From a virus (lineage: Duplodnaviria > Heunggongvirae > Uroviricota > Caudoviricetes), in IMG/VR virus record IMGVR_UViG_3300045020_000158, positions 1 to 64,000 of that record: 64,000 nt of DNA; one strand, 5' to 3'. The notes beneath the pieces were generated by a model. It searched no databases. It saw only the letters and a program-made list of their open reading frames with translations, and was not told where the DNA came from. Shown piece after piece: positions 60,037 to 64,000 of the stretch (position 1 is the stretch's first letter; each line of letters opens with the position of its first letter). Both the position numbers and the translations under genes were made by a program.

Positions 60037-60082
60037 GTCCGGAATGGCGGCATTCTCCTATTCTTTTGACTTTCCACCATTT

Positions 60083-60853
60083 TCATCCGCCGATGCCCGC
60101 GGTCGGATTGGAAGTCTGATACGGATTATTGGCTGATGCATTGAGAAGCCATGGCAACGATGCCGAACTCAACCCACCGGAAATCGCATTCGCGGCTCCA
60201 ACAGTTCCTCCAGCCAACGCGGTACCGATATTCGTCGCTGATTGTGCAGCAGAGCCCGCAAGTGCGGTGCCTTGCTGACCGGTATTCGCCGCAGCATTCT
60301 GACCCAACTGCGCGACGCCTGACAGACGTGAATAAGTATTTCCGAGTTGCGTCTGGTATTGGTTAAACGCATTGTTGTAGGCGGTATTCGCGTAATTCTG
60401 ATTGTACGCCGTCAGATCCTTGAGCGCAGCTCCTGAGAGCGCACCTTGACTCGCCGCATCCTGATTCAACACGCCTTGCTGACCCTGTTGCAATTGGAAC
60501 TGATAGGCAGGCGAATACTGTTGCATATACGAAGCTGTGAAAGGTTGCAGAAGGCTACCATAACCACCGCCAGTGCTCGAAGAGGCAGTACCCGGCGTTC
60601 CGGTCGCAGTGCCTCCAGCGCCCGGTGTACCAATACCGAGCAGATAATTGAGTTGCGACTGCGCCCCATAGCCCGCCTGCATGTAGGGCGATTCTTGCTG
60701 CGTGATCGTGTTGAATTCATTTTCAGCAATCTGTTGCGCGTTCTCCGCCGCGCCGGCCTGTTCACTCGCAGCCTGTCCCGCTGCATTGGCCTGTATCGCG
60801 CTCCCTGCTAATCCTGCGACGGCAGTTGCGCCGATTGCCCAGCCGATTGGCAT
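60083..60853 (-). CDS. Gly/Ala/Gln-rich structural protein
   Basis: 256 aa with low-complexity A/G/Q composition and an N-terminal hydrophobic segment. Confidence 0.4.
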   Translation of the reverse strand: MPIGWAIGATAVAGLAGSAIQANAAGQAASEQAGAAENAQQIAENEFNTITQQESPYMQAGYGAQSQLNYLLGIGTPGAGGTATGTPGTASSSTGGGYGSLLQPFTASYMQQYSPAYQFQLQQGQQGVLNQDAASQGALSGAALKDLTAYNQNYANTAYNNAFNQYQTQLGNTYSRLSGVAQLGQNAAANTGQQGTALAGSAAQSATNIGTALAGGTVGAANAISGGLSSASLPWLLNASANNPYQTSNPTAGIGG

Positions 60854-60854
60854 T

Positions 60855-61397
60855 TCAATGCTCCTTTACACAAACGATCAGAGTAACCCTGTCGAAATCA
60901 GAATCGTTAGTTACCCAGTGAGGATGAGAATTCTGAAACCAAAACAGATCACTGTCGTGAGTGATCAAACATTCGCTCTCAAAATGAAACGCCTGCTTCT
61001 CATTGCCGTGAATCTGCAATCCGTATTTGTCAAAAGTCCTGGCATGCCAACCGATGTCGACATGTGGATAGACCTGCTTCCCCGCCGGAATTCTGGTGAT
61101 CAATACGGCACCGATATCACGGCCATTAGCCACACATTCCGCCAACCGACGCGCTTCAGTGAGCACATCCACAACCGGATACCATTCGCTCACATGCACA
61201 TCATTGAACTTCCGGATATCGCCGTGATAGTTCTCAATCGGGTTGTAGCGCATCCAGATATCCGATACTTCCCGATGCGGCGAACGCGGATCTTCCGTGC
61301 GCAGGCGGATCGTATTCCAGACTTCCGGATGTGCCACAAGCTGTCGCTGCAATCCTGTCACATCGAAAGCCTTTTCCTTAACCATCCGCAAGCGCAA
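60855..61397 (-). CDS. cupin-fold Asp/Asn beta-hydroxylase-like protein
   Basis: YPHVDIGWH...LFWFQNSHPHWVTNDSDFDRVTLIVCV resembles the AspH family (H.D...H, FDDS..H.V.N.SD..RVVL). Confidence 0.5.
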   Translation of the reverse strand: MRLRMVKEKAFDVTGLQRQLVAHPEVWNTIRLRTEDPRSPHREVSDIWMRYNPIENYHGDIRKFNDVHVSEWYPVVDVLTEARRLAECVANGRDIGAVLITRIPAGKQVYPHVDIGWHARTFDKYGLQIHGNEKQAFHFESECLITHDSDLFWFQNSHPHWVTNDSDFDRVTLIVCVKEH

Positions 61398-61860
61398 CTT
61401 GTCTCTCCCGCAATCGTTGAATCAACTCGGTATTCTGAACATTCAGCGCTGCCAATTCCGCATGGCGTTCCGCATCAAACGGCCGTTCCAACAGATATTC
61501 ATAGATCAACGCTGGCTCAGTGAAAACCTTGCGCCAATGGCAGTGCATACCCTGGATGCGATCCAACGCGGTGAAATCGTAATCGCCCCGGATGCCCAAT
61601 TTCTGCATGGACTCGCGAACTTCCTTCGGATCTCGATGAAGAATCAGCTTACGCGCGGGATGCCGATTGACCCATTCCGGATTCTGACCCAGCACAGTAC
61701 AGGCAATCCCAAGCATTTTGACTGAGCGAATGTCACTCAGTTTGTCCAAACGATAACGGGCCAGAGGCTCATGTATGCAGAGTGTCGTGTCGGTTGACAG
61801 CCAGACTGAGCACCATGCTGTTGCCGAACGCGGCGCGCCCAGCACCATGAACGCGATCAA
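61378..61860 (-). CDS. P-loop sulfotransferase-like protein (short)
   Basis: N-terminal VLGAPRSATAW resembles the sulfotransferase 5'-PSB loop (GxPRSGTT). Only 160 aa. Confidence 0.3.
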   Translation of the reverse strand: MIAFMVLGAPRSATAWCSVWLSTDTTLCIHEPLARYRLDKLSDIRSVKMLGIACTVLGQNPEWVNRHPARKLILHRDPKEVRESMQKLGIRGDYDFTALDRIQGMHCHWRKVFTEPALIYEYLLERPFDAERHAELAALNVQNTELIQRLRERQVALADG

Positions 61861-62189
61861 GTCGGTACAAACACCATCGAGGGAGCGGCTGCGTACGTCA
61901 CTGTCAACTTGTCCCCCAGCGAAACCGGGAACGTTCCGGATGCCATTCCAGTTGAATATGTGCCACTCCTTGTAAATTGGATATCCGATACCGTGCCACC
62001 CGTGAGGATCACAAACCCCTTTTTGGATGCTTGATAAACGAAAGGCGATGCAGTTACTGTGATGACAGCCTCAGCCGATGGCGGTGTCCCGACATCCGTA
62101 TCATGCATCCACCGATACCAGCTCGCCGAGAGATTCAGTCCTTGGGTCAGCGGTTGCGTGTATGTCGGAAGGGCTCGAGGCGTGGTCAC
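61857..62189 (-). CDS. hypothetical small structural protein
   Basis: 110-aa ORF coupled to both neighbours. Confidence 0.3.
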   Translation of the reverse strand: MTTPRALPTYTQPLTQGLNLSASWYRWMHDTDVGTPPSAEAVITVTASPFVYQASKKGFVILTGGTVSDIQFTRSGTYSTGMASGTFPVSLGDKLTVTYAAAPSMVFVPT

Positions 62190-63925
62190 GTCGTTGCCGG
62201 CTCCATAAATGCCGTGGCACCGATAATGTCCCGTGGTACCGGATCAGTAAAGGAGGCCTCCCACACACGATCGCGGTCCTCTCCCAGCAGATACCAGATC
62301 GCCCGATTGCGGGTCTCGCCGGCCGCACCGATCGTCACCCATTGCTCGGTGGACCACGTGAAACCCCCGTCCGAGCTCCACCGCAACATGCATTGTGGAT
62401 TGGAACCCTGACCGGTTTGCAATCCCACACCGGGTGTGAATTCGATCTGGAGCTGCGAGAAGAAAACCCGGCCGCGGTTCTGTTTCTGCCAGACATGCGG
62501 CGTGCGGCGCAGTGCGCGCAGCGGATTACCGGCATCAGTGTAGAACTGTCGGCTCATCTGATAGAAATTGCCATTCTCATAATCGCCGACAATCCGCACG
62601 TCACCGAAATCCATGTAACAATTGCTTCTATGCCGGTGATAGACCGCCGCATTCGGGTCCCACGAGAGCCGCTTGTGCCACTGGCTCGTGACGGCGTCAT
62701 AGCACCAGGTAACATCTGCGGTCGGAAAGGTCAGCATGTAGAAGAGATGGCCTTCTTCTTCATAGGCATAGCCGATCGCATCATCAACCACCGGATACTG
62801 CGAAATCGCATGCTCAACGCCATGGTTGGAAATGCGCTGCCAACTATATTGAGCAGTCATCACCACCAGATTCTCACCCTGCTCATTTTTTGCAAGCCAT
62901 GCGAGTTGGGCGCCCATGCGCGTGATCGAATTCACCGCCGCACAGCCAATCTGAGGACCGACGCCCGGAATGCGCGAAAATGCGAAGTTGGTGAGTCCGG
63001 CGTTGTACCAGATCTCCATGGTGCGTTCGCCGATCAGAAACAGCTCACGGTTATTCTCAAAGAGCGTGATCAGATTATCTGTGCTCGAATCCTTGAGCGA
63101 ATAGAACGCACCCGGAAACAGAATCGAATAGGGCGTCGGACCAGTCGTGTAGAAAGTTCGGGTGCCGGGCTGGTTGAAAATCAGCCACCCTTCAATGAAG
63201 GCAATCCGTTGGGCACCCAGGAAGCCTGCGTCCGTGATCTGGCCGAACGGCGGAATCGTCAGCGTGATCGTCTCAGGCGAACTCGTCTGTGTCGCGTTCT
63301 GCGACATGGTGATCGTCAGGCCGATGGTATCGACCGAAAGAATCTGCGTGCCGGCCGGGATATAACCATCAGCATCTGACAGTGTCGGGGTCGATGCCAC
63401 GATCAGGCCGACTGGCAGATCGCCCGGCAATGTGATCGTCGGCGAATTGATCGTGACGGTGCCCTGGAACTGGTTGCTGTAAGTTGTGCCAGACAACAGG
63501 TAGTAATAACCGTAAGTGCCATCCACAATGATGGCGTAGCCGCCTTCACCGTTGACCAGCACGCCATTGTCGCGGATGCAGACCGGACCGGCATTCGTCA
63601 GCAACGTTCCGACCTGGGTCACGGAATATTGCGGGATGCTTGTCTGCGTCGCAGCGACCGTGATCTTGACCAGATAGACGACGTTGGAAACGACGATCAG
63701 TACCTGTTGGCCGCCGGGCAAAACCCATGCACCGCGGGCTTGGCCGGCGATGGTGGTCCAGAGAGTGTTGAGACCGGGGCAGCCGAGTAAGGCCAGTGGC
63801 TCTTTCGGACGTTCTTCGGGATCTCTTTCCAAATAAAAATTGATAGTGTCTTGAGCATCCTGCAAAACCATCGGGGCAACATAACTAGGGCCGCAAAAAC
63901 CAAAGTCAGTTCCACTAAACGCCAT
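62186..63925 (-). CDS. virion structural protein (unknown function)
   Basis: 579-aa ORF, beta-rich composition, inside the structural block. Confidence 0.45.
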   Translation of the reverse strand: MAFSGTDFGFCGPSYVAPMVLQDAQDTINFYLERDPEERPKEPLALLGCPGLNTLWTTIAGQARGAWVLPGGQQVLIVVSNVVYLVKITVAATQTSIPQYSVTQVGTLLTNAGPVCIRDNGVLVNGEGGYAIIVDGTYGYYYLLSGTTYSNQFQGTVTINSPTITLPGDLPVGLIVASTPTLSDADGYIPAGTQILSVDTIGLTITMSQNATQTSSPETITLTIPPFGQITDAGFLGAQRIAFIEGWLIFNQPGTRTFYTTGPTPYSILFPGAFYSLKDSSTDNLITLFENNRELFLIGERTMEIWYNAGLTNFAFSRIPGVGPQIGCAAVNSITRMGAQLAWLAKNEQGENLVVMTAQYSWQRISNHGVEHAISQYPVVDDAIGYAYEEEGHLFYMLTFPTADVTWCYDAVTSQWHKRLSWDPNAAVYHRHRSNCYMDFGDVRIVGDYENGNFYQMSRQFYTDAGNPLRALRRTPHVWQKQNRGRVFFSQLQIEFTPGVGLQTGQGSNPQCMLRWSSDGGFTWSTEQWVTIGAAGETRNRAIWYLLGEDRDRVWEASFTDPVPRDIIGATAFMEPATT

Positions 63926-64000
63926 ATGATTTCAATGTTACGTTGGTCATCGGAAGCCTCCATCGATCACGAAGGAAGCGTCATTGTGATTCGCATACAC

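Noticed and set aside
62078-63379. 433-aa plus-strand ORF
   Set aside because: Antisense to the 579-aa structural gene. No motifs.
1-64000. CRISPR arrays, rRNA genes, integrase/att sites
   Set aside because: No regularly spaced direct repeats of CRISPR type, no rRNA-like conserved stretches, and no tyrosine or serine recombinase motifs were seen on either strand.

Overview
The window is a GC-rich (roughly 55-60% by eye) segment of a tailed-phage or prophage genome. It has three strand-defined gene blocks. Block 1 (1-22.7 kb, minus strand) is a chain of translationally coupled small genes that includes a tandem GroES (Cpn20-like) protein, a large terminase subunit, a Lar-like anti-restriction protein, a D5/P4-type primase-helicase with an adjacent iteron cluster, a regulatory island (XRE-type HTH regulators, an HTH-ImmA/IrrE protein, an IS1-like transposase gene), and a Ro60/Rsr (TROVE+vWA) gene followed by about 650 nt of non-coding DNA containing tRNA-mimic Y-RNA-like modules. 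Block 2 (23-48.6 kb, plus strand) is an early/accessory region. It encodes LexA-DBD-like paralogs, a VRR-NUC nuclease, CsrA, a SLOG/DUF2493 protein, an SPFH protein, a RecT-like annealase, Gp157, a complete diversity-generating retroelement (two DUF1566 targets with VR1/VR2, Avd, a TR embedded at the 5' end of the RT gene, and the RT), a DHH-DHHA1 phosphoesterase, MazG, an Ogr/Delta zinc finger, a frameshifted C5-cytosine methyltransferase, two HNH endonucleases, and a low-GC cassette (SAM-dependent MTase plus a secreted protein). Block 3 (48.6-64 kb, minus strand) holds two tRNA-Gln-like genes plus degenerate tRNA-like repeats, a lipase_3 hydrolase, small membrane (lysis-like) proteins, two tail fibers sharing an N-terminal domain, large virion proteins, an AspH-like hydroxylase and a sulfotransferase-like protein. 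I found no integrase, rRNA or CRISPR array. All calls rest on motif recognition by eye. No database searches were run.
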